NCBI GenBank assembly: GCA_021789895.1
Contig: JAJYIU010000010.1
Location: forward strand, 1,246 to 33,245
DNA from: Acidobacteriota bacterium
GTDB taxonomy: Bacteria; Acidobacteriota; Terriglobia; Terriglobales; SCQP01
Length of the DNA: 32,000 nt
Direction: 5' to 3'
The notes under the pieces are model-generated. The model made no database searches. It was given only the letters and a program-made list of their open reading frames with translations, and was not told the origin of the DNA. This document shows positions 16,269-27,782 of this stretch, in pieces (the first letter of the stretch is position 1; each line of letters starts with the position of its first letter). Both the position numbers and the translations under genes were made by a program.

Positions 16269-16568
16269 TCAGTCCAGATCGAGATCGCGCACGGGCGGAG
16301 GCGAGTCATCGTCGCGGGCGCGGCGCAATCCCTCTTCGAATTTTCGGGCGAGCCGCTCGCCGGCCTGGCGTTGATCGGAGCGAGCGCGTTCGAAGCGTTG
16401 TTCGCGCTCCTGCTGCTGGCGGCGCAGCAGGCTGGCCGCCTGGCCCAGATCGAGCTCCGGCGCGGGCTCGGCGCTGGCTTCCAGCCGCAGCGCGCCGCTT
16501 TCCAAATCCATTTCCAGGGCGGCGCCGCATGCGGGGCAATGCGCCCGTTTGGCCCGGGATCTTGTCAT
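16269..16568 (-). CDS. Small hypothetical protein (99 aa): one CPAC motif, then a highly charged Glu/Arg/Gln-rich helical region
   Basis: ATG at 16568 lies 15 nt after an in-frame TGA TAA. By hand count, third codon positions are mostly G/C (about 3/4) versus about half in the overlapping ybeY-tail frame. The composition is protein-like rather than R/P/G/A junk. Confidence 0.5.
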   Translation of the reverse strand: MTRSRAKRAHCPACGAALEMDLESGALRLEASAEPAPELDLGQAASLLRRQQQEREQRFERARSDQRQAGERLARKFEEGLRRARDDDSPPPVRDLDLD

Positions 16569-17016
16569 GAGACGAGCTTATCACGGCGCGTGCGATCAGA
16601 CCGGAGGGTAAGCCTAGCCGCCGCCGCAGCCGGTCTTCACGCGCCGCCATTTCGCCTTGATCGGTCTCGTGATCCTCGCCGGCTAGGTGCAACAATCCAT
16701 GCAACGCCAGGATGCGCAATTCTATTTCGAAGGCATGCCCGCGAGCCCGCGCCTGGCGTGCGGCGGTTTCGCGCGACACGGCAATGTCGCCCAGGTACTC
16801 TGCTTCCCCGCTGGGAAAGGACAGCACATCAGTCGTGCGATCGCAACCGCGGTAAGTCCGGTTCCAACTCCGCATGCGGCGGTTGGAAACCAATGCAAAG
16901 CCGAAATCTCCCTGGATGCCGCAACGGCGGGGTAGGCGCCGCAGCCAGTCTTGCAAATCCGCCGGAAGAGGGACAGGCCTGGCGGCGCGTGAGCGGGCAG
17001 CCTCTCCGCCGGGCAT
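16306..17016 (-). CDS. ybeY: Endoribonuclease YbeY (rRNA maturation factor). The conserved domain ends near residue 145 (about 16584); the remaining ~90 codons are a probably non-native read-through tail
   Basis: TDVLSFP...ILALHGLLHLAGEDHETD is the YbeY metal-binding H-x-x-x-H-x-x-x-x-x-H motif region. The start ATG overlaps the phoH stop (TAATG at 17014-17018). There is no in-frame stop after ...GLIARAV. The tail is Arg/Pro/Gly/Ala-rich. Confidence 0.8.
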   Translation of the reverse strand: MPGGEAARSRAARPVPLPADLQDWLRRLPRRCGIQGDFGFALVSNRRMRSWNRTYRGCDRTTDVLSFPSGEAEYLGDIAVSRETAARQARARGHAFEIELRILALHGLLHLAGEDHETDQGEMAAREDRLRRRLGLPSGLIARAVISSSHDKIPGQTGALPRMRRRPGNGFGKRRAAAGSQRRARAGARSGPGGQPAAPPAAGARTTLRTRSLRSTPGRRAARPKIRRGIAPRPRR

Positions 17017-18074
17017 TAATGTTCCAATCCGGCCGGCTCCGGTTCGGCTTCCGGCGCGGGTATTCGCGGCGGAGGCGGGGATTCCGGCTCGGCTGCGGGC
17101 AAAAGCGAAAGTTGTTGCGCTGCCCGGAGTTCCGGGTTCTTCTCTTCCTCGTAAGCGCGAATGATCTGCTGCACCAGATTATGGCGCACGACGTCGTGTT
17201 CGTTCAGATAAACGATGCCAATGCCGGAAATCCCGTTCAGAATGCGTATGGCCTGCAGCAGTCCACTGGCCCGCCCGCTGGGCAGGTCGATCTGAGTGAT
17301 GTCGCCCGTGATGACAGTTTTGGAGCGGAAGCCCATGCGGGTGAGGAACATCTTCATTTGTTCCTGAGTGGTGTTTTGCGCCTCGTCCAGGATGATGAAG
17401 GCATCGTTCAAAGTGCGGCCGCGCATGAAGGCGATAGGCGCGATTTCGATGGTGTTGCGTTCCAGCAGGCGATCCACCTTTTCGGCGTCCAGCAGGTCAT
17501 AAAGCGCATCATAGAGAGGACGAAGGTAGGGATCGACCTTTTCCTGCAAGGTGCCGGGCAGAAAACCAAGACGCTCACCGGCTTCCACGGCTGGGCGCGC
17601 CAGAATGATGCGGTTGATTTCCTTATTCAACAGCGCGGAAACCGCCATCGCGACGGCAAGATAGGTTTTCCCTGTGCCCGCCGGTCCTACTCCAAAGACC
17701 ATATCCTGGCGGCTGATGGCTTCCAGGTACAGGCGCTGGTTCAACGACTTGGGCTGAACGGCTTTTTTACCAAAATTTCGCTGTTGGCCGCTGCGAGCCA
17801 GGCTCAGCAGGCTGAGGTTGCGGTCGGCGGCAATAACGCGCAGCAAATCGTGCAGATCGCCATTATCGAATTGCATGCCTTCCTGCCGAAGCTGGCGGTA
17901 GTCGCCGAGGATGGCTTCCATGCGGTCCAGACCCGAGGGGTCGCCCTGCAATTCAATGCCGTCGGCCAGCAATTGCACGGTAATGCCCAGGCTGGTTTCC
18001 AGCATGCGGAGATTTTCATCCAGCGGGCCAAACAGGACTTCGATATCACGGCTGTATTCAAGCGTTCGCTTCAT
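17016..18074 (-). CDS. phoH: PhoH-like ATPase (PhoH/YbeZ family)
   Basis: Walker [25 protein letters not shown] (Walker B) and the [11 protein letters not shown] motif. Conserved phoH-ybeY gene order. Confidence 0.95.
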   Translation of the reverse strand: MKRTLEYSRDIEVLFGPLDENLRMLETSLGITVQLLADGIELQGDPSGLDRMEAILGDYRQLRQEGMQFDNGDLHDLLRVIAADRNLSLLSLARSGQQRNFGKKAVQPKSLNQRLYLEAISRQDMVFGVGPAGTGKTYLAVAMAVSALLNKEINRIILARPAVEAGERLGFLPGTLQEKVDPYLRPLYDALYDLLDAEKVDRLLERNTIEIAPIAFMRGRTLNDAFIILDEAQNTTQEQMKMFLTRMGFRSKTVITGDITQIDLPSGRASGLLQAIRILNGISGIGIVYLNEHDVVRHNLVQQIIRAYEEEKNPELRAAQQLSLLPAAEPESPPPPRIPAPEAEPEPAGLEH

Positions 18075-18156
18075 GAAACTTTACGGGGCAGGCTCGGAAT
18101 CGCGGGTCCTGGAAAAGCGTACATTTTTTTCAATCATATCATGCGGACTGGACGCA

Positions 18157-18179
18157 AGCGCCGATCGGGCGGCGCTTTT
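18157..18179 (+). terminator. Terminator-like hairpin with a T-tail on the plus strand, directly abutting the rpsT -35
   Basis: AGCGCCG-ATCGGG-CGGCGCT (7-bp stem) is followed by TTT. No plus-strand gene lies upstream (phoH is on the other strand), so its role is unclear. Confidence 0.3.
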
Positions 18180-18206
18180 GACAGACCTGCAAGGAGACTT
18201 TAAACT
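18178..18206 (+). promoter_or_regulatory. Candidate sigma70-type promoter for rpsT (TTGACA-17-TAAACT)
   Basis: TTGACA at 18178-18183, a 17-nt spacer and TAAACT at 18201-18206, about 64 nt upstream of the rpsT ATG. Confidence 0.45.
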
Positions 18207-18269
18207 AAGTAAGTTGGTAATTTTTAAGGAGCATTCGCCGGGAAAGTTGGAAATTCCGGCCACGACCGC

Positions 18270-18539
18270 ATGGCCAATCATGCATCCGCACTGAAGCGCG
18301 TCCGCCAGACCCGGCGCCGCACAACCCGTAACCGGGCCAATGCCAGCCGTCTGCGCAGTTCGATTAAGCGGCTGGAACAGGCGCTGGCCAGCGGCAATCG
18401 TGGCGCCGCCGATTCCCTGCTGCTCGCTACGATGAGCGCAATCGACCGTAGCATCCAGAAGGGAGTGCTGCACCGCAATGCCGCTGGGCGATACAAAGCC
18501 CGCTTGACCCGCGCCTTCAATCAACTGAGCGCGCAGTAG
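18270..18539 (+). CDS. rpsT: 30S ribosomal protein S20
   Basis: MANHASALKRVRQTRRRTTRNRANASRLRSSIKR... is the typical S20 N-terminus. 89 aa, basic. Confidence 0.95.
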   Translation: MANHASALKRVRQTRRRTTRNRANASRLRSSIKRLEQALASGNRGAADSLLLATMSAIDRSIQKGVLHRNAAGRYKARLTRAFNQLSAQ

Positions 18540-18554
18540 CTGTACCTCCTTAAA

Positions 18555-19658
18555 CTATCCAGGCCGCACGCCCGGCCGGCTGAACCCGAAACGAGAGCGC
18601 ACGACGTGCAGTTTCGGGTCCAGCCAGACGCGCAGCCCCATTCGGGGCGGCGCGCCGTGGTAGCCGAAACGCAGATCGGTGATCCAGACTTCGGTGAGAT
18701 CCCCGGTATGGAGAGCGCCGGCCAGGGGGAAGCGGGCAAAGTCAAGAAAGATGCGCCCGCTGCGGCTGCGTTCAGCTGCCTGCATGGCGGGAGTCGGCTC
18801 GGTTTTATAGACGATCTGGGGCGCTTTCTGCCAGCTTTCCTCAGGTGAATCCACCTCGCCTACGTAATAACGATCGGGCAGGCTGACAATGCCTCGCCAA
18901 AACAGCGGATTGGAGAATTCCGGGATGGCCGCGGAGCCGCGTCCGGCCGCGGCAGGAATAGGGCCGCGCTTGACGGCGAGAAGGGCTCGGGCGTGCATCT
19001 CGGCGCGGAATCCCCACCAGGCTAGCATCGCGATCAGGGCGACTGCAGCGCCAGTGCGATGCCGATTGGGGCGGGCGCCCATTTCCCTGCTCACCAGCCC
19101 CAACACCATGGGCAACAATAAGAAAACTAGGAGTATGAGCCATAGCCAGGGATCCAAAATCGGCATCCAATCGAGCGCAAACCAGCGCATGCTGAGGGGT
19201 GAGAAGAGGCGAATGCCGTAGGAATTTGTCCAATCCAGCAAGAGGTGCGAACCGACACCTAAAAATCCAGCCCACAGCGCCAGACGCCACGGCACAGGGT
19301 TAGGCAAACCCGGCCCGGAGCGAGTGGCGGCAGCGCCGAGTTCTTTTAGGGCCTGATTTTCGGGCGCAGACTGCCAGGCGCCGCGCTCTCGATTCCAGGT
19401 TTGTCCGCGCCGCTGCCGCAAGCGCGCCAGGCTGCGCCATACCAGCGCCACGATGGCTATCCAGACGGGAAGAAACAACAGAGAATGGGTGAGATTGCGG
19501 TGCCAGGCAAGGTAGTCGATACCGCGCCCGGCGACGAAAGCGTCCACATCGGGAGCGTTGGCGGCCAATACCAGCATCGTGGTTGCCAATGGCGCCTTAT
19601 CTTTGAAAAAGACCCGCGATAACGCCACGCCGACAAGGGAATGCGTCAGATTATCCAT
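18555..19658 (-). CDS. Membrane-bound metal-dependent hydrolase, YdjM/DUF457-like, with a C-terminal extension
   Basis: MDNLTHSLVGVALSR... and a second NLTHSLLF motif with several TM segments are typical of the YdjM family. The C-terminal ~150 aa are unassigned. Confidence 0.8.
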   Translation of the reverse strand: MDNLTHSLVGVALSRVFFKDKAPLATTMLVLAANAPDVDAFVAGRGIDYLAWHRNLTHSLLFLPVWIAIVALVWRSLARLRQRRGQTWNRERGAWQSAPENQALKELGAAATRSGPGLPNPVPWRLALWAGFLGVGSHLLLDWTNSYGIRLFSPLSMRWFALDWMPILDPWLWLILLVFLLLPMVLGLVSREMGARPNRHRTGAAVALIAMLAWWGFRAEMHARALLAVKRGPIPAAAGRGSAAIPEFSNPLFWRGIVSLPDRYYVGEVDSPEESWQKAPQIVYKTEPTPAMQAAERSRSGRIFLDFARFPLAGALHTGDLTEVWITDLRFGYHGAPPRMGLRVWLDPKLHVVRSRFGFSRPGVRPG

Positions 19659-19673
19659 GTGTCAGCCGCCTGA

Positions 19674-22620
<2,947 letters not shown>

Positions 22621-22692
22621 GCACCTCAGACATCTTGATACCGCGTTCTTAAATACAACACAAGGGGTTTTAATATTTTTCGATACTGCATA

Positions 22693-22723
22693 TTGTGCCA
22701 GTGTATCAAAGCTGCACTACAAT
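22693..22723 (+). promoter_or_regulatory. Candidate MerR-style promoter for ggt: TTGTGC-19 nt-TACAAT with an imperfect dyad across the spacer
   Basis: -35 TTGTGC at 22693-22698, a 19-nt spacer (22699-22717) and -10 TACAAT at 22718-22723. GTGC(C)AG (22695-22701) and CTGCAC (22712-22717) form an imperfect inverted repeat. The site lies in the divergent region next to the MerR-HTH gene. Confidence 0.35.
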
Positions 22724-22788
22724 TAATGGAAACTAAAGGTGCTTTTTATTACGTTGCAGAACCCTTCCCTTTCAGCCAATCTCCTGGC

Positions 22789-24474
22789 ATGCAATCCGAT
22801 CGCTTGTTTTCAATCGCGCTAGTGGCATGGACGCTTTGCGGGGGCTCCCTGGCTTCAGGGCAAAACCTGGCTTGGGGACATCAAGGGGCGGTGACCAGCG
22901 CTGAGCGGCACGCAACTCAGGCTGGGATTGGGATTTTGAAAAGCGGAGGGAATGCCGTAGATGCCGCCGTAGCAGTGGGCTTCGCATTGGCCGTTACGCA
23001 CCCGGCCGCCGGCAATATTGGCGGCGGTGGCTTCATGCTGATCCGCATGGCCGATGGGCATGCCTATTTTCTCGATTTTCGGGAAGAGGCGCCAGGCAAG
23101 GCTGGTCCCAAAATGTATTTGGATAAGAACGGAAACTACATTCTGAACTCGAGCATTGTCGGTTTTCGGGCCATCGGTATTCCGGGCAGCGTAGCCGGCT
23201 TGACCATGGCCCGCCGGCGGCTTGGAAAATTAAGCCTGGCAGCAGATATGGCGCCGGCGATACGGCTCGCAGCCGGCGGGTACCGGTTGTCGTATACTCA
23301 AGCCCAAGATCTGCATAGCCCTTATCTCGGTCGCTTTAACGGATCGCGGCGAACATTTCAGCGGAACGGCAAATTTTATTTGGATGGAGAAGTCTTCCGA
23401 CAGCCGCATCTGGCCGCTACGCTGCGCGCCATTGCCGCCGGAGGCGCGCGCGTTTTTTACCATGGTGCGATGGCGCGCGAGTTGGCATCGTACCTTCAGC
23501 GCCACGGCGGCTTGATTACTGCCGCGGATCTGGCGCGCTATCGCGCACGATGGCGTACACCGCTATATGGACATTATCGCGGATACACGATTTTGACTTC
23601 GCCACCGCCTTCTTCCGGCGGGGTCTGTATCTTGGAGATGCTGCACATGCTGGAGCCGACCCGGTTCTGGCGATATGGATTTCAATCCGCGCTCAGCCTG
23701 CATTATCAGATTGAAGCCATGCGCCGCGCCTTCGCTGATCGGGCCGTTTACCTGGGCGATCCCGATTTCGAACGTCTGCCAGTGCGTCAACTGCTGAGAC
23801 GGTCGTGGGCCCGGCAACGCTGGGCAAGCTTTCGCCCCAACCTGGCCAGCCGCAGCGCCGAAGTCGGCGCCGGCCCGCTGCCCGGATTCGAATCCACGCA
23901 GACCACCAGTTACTCAGTCGTGGACCAGGCGGGTAATGCGGTGGCGGTCACCTATACCCTCAATAATTGGTTCGGCTCCGGAGTAACCGATCCACGATTG
24001 GGTTTTTTATTGAACGACGAGATGGACGATTTCACCTCCAAGCCGGGGGTGCCGAATATGTTCGGATTGATTCAAGGCAGGGTGAATCAAATCGAGCCCT
24101 ATAAGCGGCCATTGTCATCCATGGTGCCCACGATTGTGACGCAGCATCACCGGTTGTACATGGTTTTGGGTTCCCCCGGCGGACCGCGGATTATCACGAC
24201 GGTTTACGAAATCATCTCCAACCGCATCGACTTTCATCTGCCCCTGCGCAATGCAGTCGCCGCGGCCCGATTTCATCAACAATGGATGCCCGATGTGGTT
24301 GATCTGGAACAATATGGATTTTCATCCGATACGCGCCGGCGGCTGCAGGCGATGGGTTATGTTCTGAAACTGCAGCCGGATTGGTGCGATGGCGAGGCGA
24401 TCGGAGTGGGACGTTCCGGCACTTTAGCGGCGGTTAGCGACAATCGCCGTACGGGGTCGGCCGGCGCCTATTGA
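22789..24474 (+). CDS. ggt: Gamma-glutamyltranspeptidase
   Basis: Signal peptide MQSDRLFSIALVAWTLCGGSLASG and N-terminal GGNAVDAAVAVGFALAVTHP. The autoprocessing/nucleophile region is ...STQTTSYSVVDQAGNAVAVTYTLN, followed by GSPGGPRIIT. The track start at 22693 is a TTG inside the putative promoter. Confidence 0.93.
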   Translation: MQSDRLFSIALVAWTLCGGSLASGQNLAWGHQGAVTSAERHATQAGIGILKSGGNAVDAAVAVGFALAVTHPAAGNIGGGGFMLIRMADGHAYFLDFREEAPGKAGPKMYLDKNGNYILNSSIVGFRAIGIPGSVAGLTMARRRLGKLSLAADMAPAIRLAAGGYRLSYTQAQDLHSPYLGRFNGSRRTFQRNGKFYLDGEVFRQPHLAATLRAIAAGGARVFYHGAMARELASYLQRHGGLITAADLARYRARWRTPLYGHYRGYTILTSPPPSSGGVCILEMLHMLEPTRFWRYGFQSALSLHYQIEAMRRAFADRAVYLGDPDFERLPVRQLLRRSWARQRWASFRPNLASRSAEVGAGPLPGFESTQTTSYSVVDQAGNAVAVTYTLNNWFGSGVTDPRLGFLLNDEMDDFTSKPGVPNMFGLIQGRVNQIEPYKRPLSSMVPTIVTQHHRLYMVLGSPGGPRIITTVYEIISNRIDFHLPLRNAVAAARFHQQWMPDVVDLEQYGFSSDTRRRLQAMGYVLKLQPDWCDGEAIGVGRSGTLAAVSDNRRTGSAGAY

Positions 24475-24532
24475 CGCCCGTGCCGGCAGAACCAAGCCTG
24501 CGCGCCAGTCTACACCGAAAGGATGGAGGCAA

Positions 24533-25372
24533 GTGCCAATTTTAGTTTCTACTCATTTGTTCTCCAACCGGCGCCTGCATACGGCGCTGTTTGATCGGAT
24601 GCTTCATGCTGGAGCGGAAGGGTTTGAAATATTTTGCGCCCGGCAGAGCTTCGACTACACCAATCGAGGCGAGATGGAATCTCTGGCCGCCTGGTTCCGG
24701 CAGAATCCCGGACGCCTGCACTCGCTGCACGCTCCCATGTATAGCGACGACTGCTGGGGACGATCCGGCGAACCGCCGTTGAACCTGGCCAATCCCGATC
24801 ACCGGCAGGCGGTGCGGTCGTTGGAAGAAACCGAGCGCGCGCTGGCCTTCGCGGAATTAGCACCGTTTCGCTACCTGGTGCTGCACCTCGGCATCGGCGG
24901 CGAGCCCGATAGCGAGGCGCGGTCCGAAGCCGCCTGCGCGCAATTGAGCCGGCTGCGCGTCAAGGCCAAAGCCTTGGGGGTGCATCTGCTGGTGGAAAAC
25001 ATCCCCAATGGACTTTCGACACCGGCGCGTTTATTGCAATTCCTGCGGCAAAATCGCTTGGATGACGTCGGAATTTGTTTCGACGCCGGTCACGCTCACT
25101 TGCCCATAGAAAATTACGGAGGCGGAAGCGCGCTGGAGAGCTTCGAGATGGTGGCGGCGCGGACTCTTTCCACCCACTTGCACGACAATCATGGCGAGCG
25201 CGATGAGCATTTGTGGCCGGGCGAAGGCACCTTGCCTTTCGACCAATTATTGCCGCGCATGGCGCAAGCTCGGGGCTTACCCTGGCTGCTCGAGCTTCGC
25301 GACACGCCGGAAAGCGAAACCACCTTCGAACGGCTGCGTCAGGCGATTGCACAGTTACGGGCAAGACTCTAA
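24533..25372 (+). CDS. Sugar phosphate isomerase/epimerase (xylose isomerase-like TIM barrel, AP_endonuc_2 family)
   Basis: The pattern FE...LHAP...LVLHLG...LLVENIP...FDAGHAH...HLHDN...H is typical of this family. GTG start with GGAGG 5 nt upstream. Confidence 0.8.
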   Translation: MPILVSTHLFSNRRLHTALFDRMLHAGAEGFEIFCARQSFDYTNRGEMESLAAWFRQNPGRLHSLHAPMYSDDCWGRSGEPPLNLANPDHRQAVRSLEETERALAFAELAPFRYLVLHLGIGGEPDSEARSEAACAQLSRLRVKAKALGVHLLVENIPNGLSTPARLLQFLRQNRLDDVGICFDAGHAHLPIENYGGGSALESFEMVAARTLSTHLHDNHGERDEHLWPGEGTLPFDQLLPRMAQARGLPWLLELRDTPESETTFERLRQAIAQLRARL

Positions 25373-25456
25373 TCACGCGGCGGTTATGGCGCCTTCCGCT
25401 TCGGTTTGGCCTGCATTCGCGCGGAACTGAGACTGCGCCGCCCTACCCCGCTTACA

Positions 25457-26791
25457 ATGTCAGACATGGCAGAAGCTTCAGTGAGCGCCGCTCCGGTGGT
25501 GGCAATTGCCAGGCTTGGCGAACACATCGGCGAAGAAGTCAGGGTTCGCGGCTGGGTCTATAACTTGCGCGAGAGCGGCAAGCTGCTGTTTCCCATCTTG
25601 CGCGACGGCAGCGGTTTGCTGCAGGCCGTTGTGTTTCAGAAAAATGTCCCGCCGGAACTATTCGCCCAAGTTCGCGAATTGACACAGGAGTCGTCGGTCG
25701 AGGTGCGCGGCGCGATACGAGCCGACGCACGCGCCCCCGGAGGGGTGGAACTCGACCTGCGCGAAATCTCGGTGCTGCAACTCGTGCCGGCGTCGGACCC
25801 TTACCCGATTACGCCCAAAGAGCACGGAATCGACTTCCTCATGGACCACCGCCATCTTTGGCTTCGAAGCCAGCGGCAGACGGCGATATTGCATGTGCGT
25901 CATCAGGTAATTCGAGCGGTACGGGACTTCTTCGATGGCGAGGGCTTTGTGCTGGCCGACGCGCCGATTCTGACGCCTTCGGCCTGTGAAGGCACCAGCA
26001 CGCTATTTGAAGTGGAATATTTCGGAGAAAAAGCTTACCTGACCCAATCCGGGCAGCTCTACGCCGAAGCCGCGGCGCTGGCGTTAGGCAAAACGTATTG
26101 TTTTGGCCCGACGTTCCGGGCGGAAAAAAGCAAAACCCGGCGGCACCTCACCGAGTTCTGGATGGTCGAACCGGAAGTAGCTTTTGCCCAGTTGGATGAC
26201 TTGATGCATCTTGCCGAGCGCCTGGTCGCGGCGATTATCTCGCGCGTGTTGGAAAACAGCCGCCCGGCCTTGAAAGTGCTGGAACGCGATTCAACGCCCC
26301 TGGAAGCCGTCCAGCTTCCCTTCCCCCGGCTGAGCTATGATGACGCGGTGTGCCGGTTGCAGGCGGCCGGCAGTACGATGCAATGGGGTGACGATCTGGG
26401 TGGCGCGGACGAAACGCTATTGTCGAAACAGTTCGACCGGCCGGTGATGGTGCATCGCTATCCGGCTGCCGCCAAAGCCTTTTATATGCAGCCGGATCCG
26501 GAACGGCCTGAGGTCGCGCTATGCGTGGATATGCTGGCTCCGGAAGGATATGGCGAAATTGTCGGCGGCAGCCAGCGCATACACGATCTGGAACTGCTGC
26601 GCCGGCGCCTCGAAGAAAATCATCTGGCGGAAAAAGATTTTCGCTGGTATCTGGACCTGCGCCGCTGGGGAAGTGTGCCGCACGGCGGTTTCGGGATGGG
26701 CATTGAAAGGGTCGTGGCCTGGATATGCGGACTTGAGCATATTCGCGAAACGATTCCTTTCCCGCGCACCATCTATCGCATCACTCCCTGA
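25457..26791 (+). CDS. asnS: Asparaginyl-tRNA synthetase (class IIb)
   Basis: OB anticodon-binding domain ([26 protein letters not shown]), motif 2 [24 protein letters not shown] (AsnRS-type) and motif 3 [10 protein letters not shown]. Start is either ATG 25457 or ATG 25466. Confidence 0.95.
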   Translation: MSDMAEASVSAAPVVAIARLGEHIGEEVRVRGWVYNLRESGKLLFPILRDGSGLLQAVVFQKNVPPELFAQVRELTQESSVEVRGAIRADARAPGGVELDLREISVLQLVPASDPYPITPKEHGIDFLMDHRHLWLRSQRQTAILHVRHQVIRAVRDFFDGEGFVLADAPILTPSACEGTSTLFEVEYFGEKAYLTQSGQLYAEAAALALGKTYCFGPTFRAEKSKTRRHLTEFWMVEPEVAFAQLDDLMHLAERLVAAIISRVLENSRPALKVLERDSTPLEAVQLPFPRLSYDDAVCRLQAAGSTMQWGDDLGGADETLLSKQFDRPVMVHRYPAAAKAFYMQPDPERPEVALCVDMLAPEGYGEIVGGSQRIHDLELLRRRLEENHLAEKDFRWYLDLRRWGSVPHGGFGMGIERVVAWICGLEHIRETIPFPRTIYRITP

Positions 26792-26798
26792 GGCGGCC

Positions 26799-27710
26799 AT
26801 GCCCAACTGCATTCGCGTCATCGGGGCGCCGATCGATCTGGGCCAGGACCGCCGCGGCGTGGAAATGGGCCCCGCCGCGCTGCGGGTCGCAGGCTTGATC
26901 ACGCGCATCGCTCAATTGGGCCTATCCGCCGAGGATGCCGGAAATGTTGCCGTCGCGCCGGCTCGCCTGGAAGATCTGGGCAATCCCAGCGTCAAGTACC
27001 TGCGTCCCATCGCCGCCAGTTGCCGTATGCAATCGGACTGGATTCAACAAGCTTTACAGGCCGGAGATTTCCCCTTGGTGTTGGGTGGCGATCATTCAGT
27101 TGCCATCGGCGCGACGGCTGGCGTGAGCGCATTTTTTCGCCAACGTGGCCAGTCGATCGGGCTCATCTGGCTGGATGCGCACGGCGATTGCAATACCCCT
27201 GAAACCACGCCCAGCGGCAACATCCACGGCATGGCGCTGGCCTGCCTTCTGGGTGAGGGCCCGAGCGAATTGACGCAGTTAAACGGCTATAGCCCGATGG
27301 TGAAGCCGGAGAATGCCGTCTTGGTTGGCGTCCACGAACTTGATCCGGGCGAAAAGCTGCTGCTGCGCCGCCTGGGGCTCAAAGTATTCACCATGCGCGA
27401 CCTGGACGAGCGCGGATTGCGTGCGGTGATGGAGGAAGCAGTCGCCATGGCCAGCAATGGCACGGCGGGCCTGGTCGCATCCCTCGACATGGACTTCGTC
27501 GATGCGCTGTACGCTCCGGGAGTCGGCACCCCGGTTCGGGGCGGGGCTACTTATCGCGAGGCGCATCTGGCGATGGAGATTCTCGCCGACAGCCTCAATC
27601 TCGCCGCCCTTCAGGTGGTGGAAATCAATCCGGTCTTGGATGAGCGCAACCGCACGGCAGAACTGGCGGTAGAGCTGATCCTGAGCGCGCTGGGCAAGAA
27701 GATCTATTGA
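26799..27710 (+). CDS. rocF: Arginase (ureohydrolase family)
   Basis: Mn-binding motifs GGDHSVAIG, WLDAHGDCNTPETTPSGNIHGMALA and SLDMDFVD. The start MPNCIRVIGAPIDLG lies 7 nt after the asnS stop. The track's upstream extension overlaps asnS out of frame. Confidence 0.9.
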   Translation: MPNCIRVIGAPIDLGQDRRGVEMGPAALRVAGLITRIAQLGLSAEDAGNVAVAPARLEDLGNPSVKYLRPIAASCRMQSDWIQQALQAGDFPLVLGGDHSVAIGATAGVSAFFRQRGQSIGLIWLDAHGDCNTPETTPSGNIHGMALACLLGEGPSELTQLNGYSPMVKPENAVLVGVHELDPGEKLLLRRLGLKVFTMRDLDERGLRAVMEEAVAMASNGTAGLVASLDMDFVDALYAPGVGTPVRGGATYREAHLAMEILADSLNLAALQVVEINPVLDERNRTAELAVELILSALGKKIY

Positions 27711-27782
27711 ACTGGCCGCTGCGGACTTGATCGCGGGCTGTTCATGATAAAGTTCCAAGAACTGCTGCTCGGAAATTGATCT

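Noticed and set aside
16209-18203. A 664-aa plus-strand ORF spanning the ybeY/phoH region.
   Set aside because: It is antisense to two genes with unambiguous family motifs (PhoH Walker A/B, YbeY His motif). Its own translation has no recognisable domain and a junk-like N-terminal half.
22693-22788. Upstream extensions of several track ORFs: ggt from TTG 22693, arginase from 26550, asnS from 25406, slt from TTG 1934 and BMC-H from 30577.
   Set aside because: The extensions lack signal or domain content, or they overlap upstream genes or promoters. Internal ATGs give canonical N-termini (signal peptides for ggt and slt, MPNCIRVIGAP for arginase).
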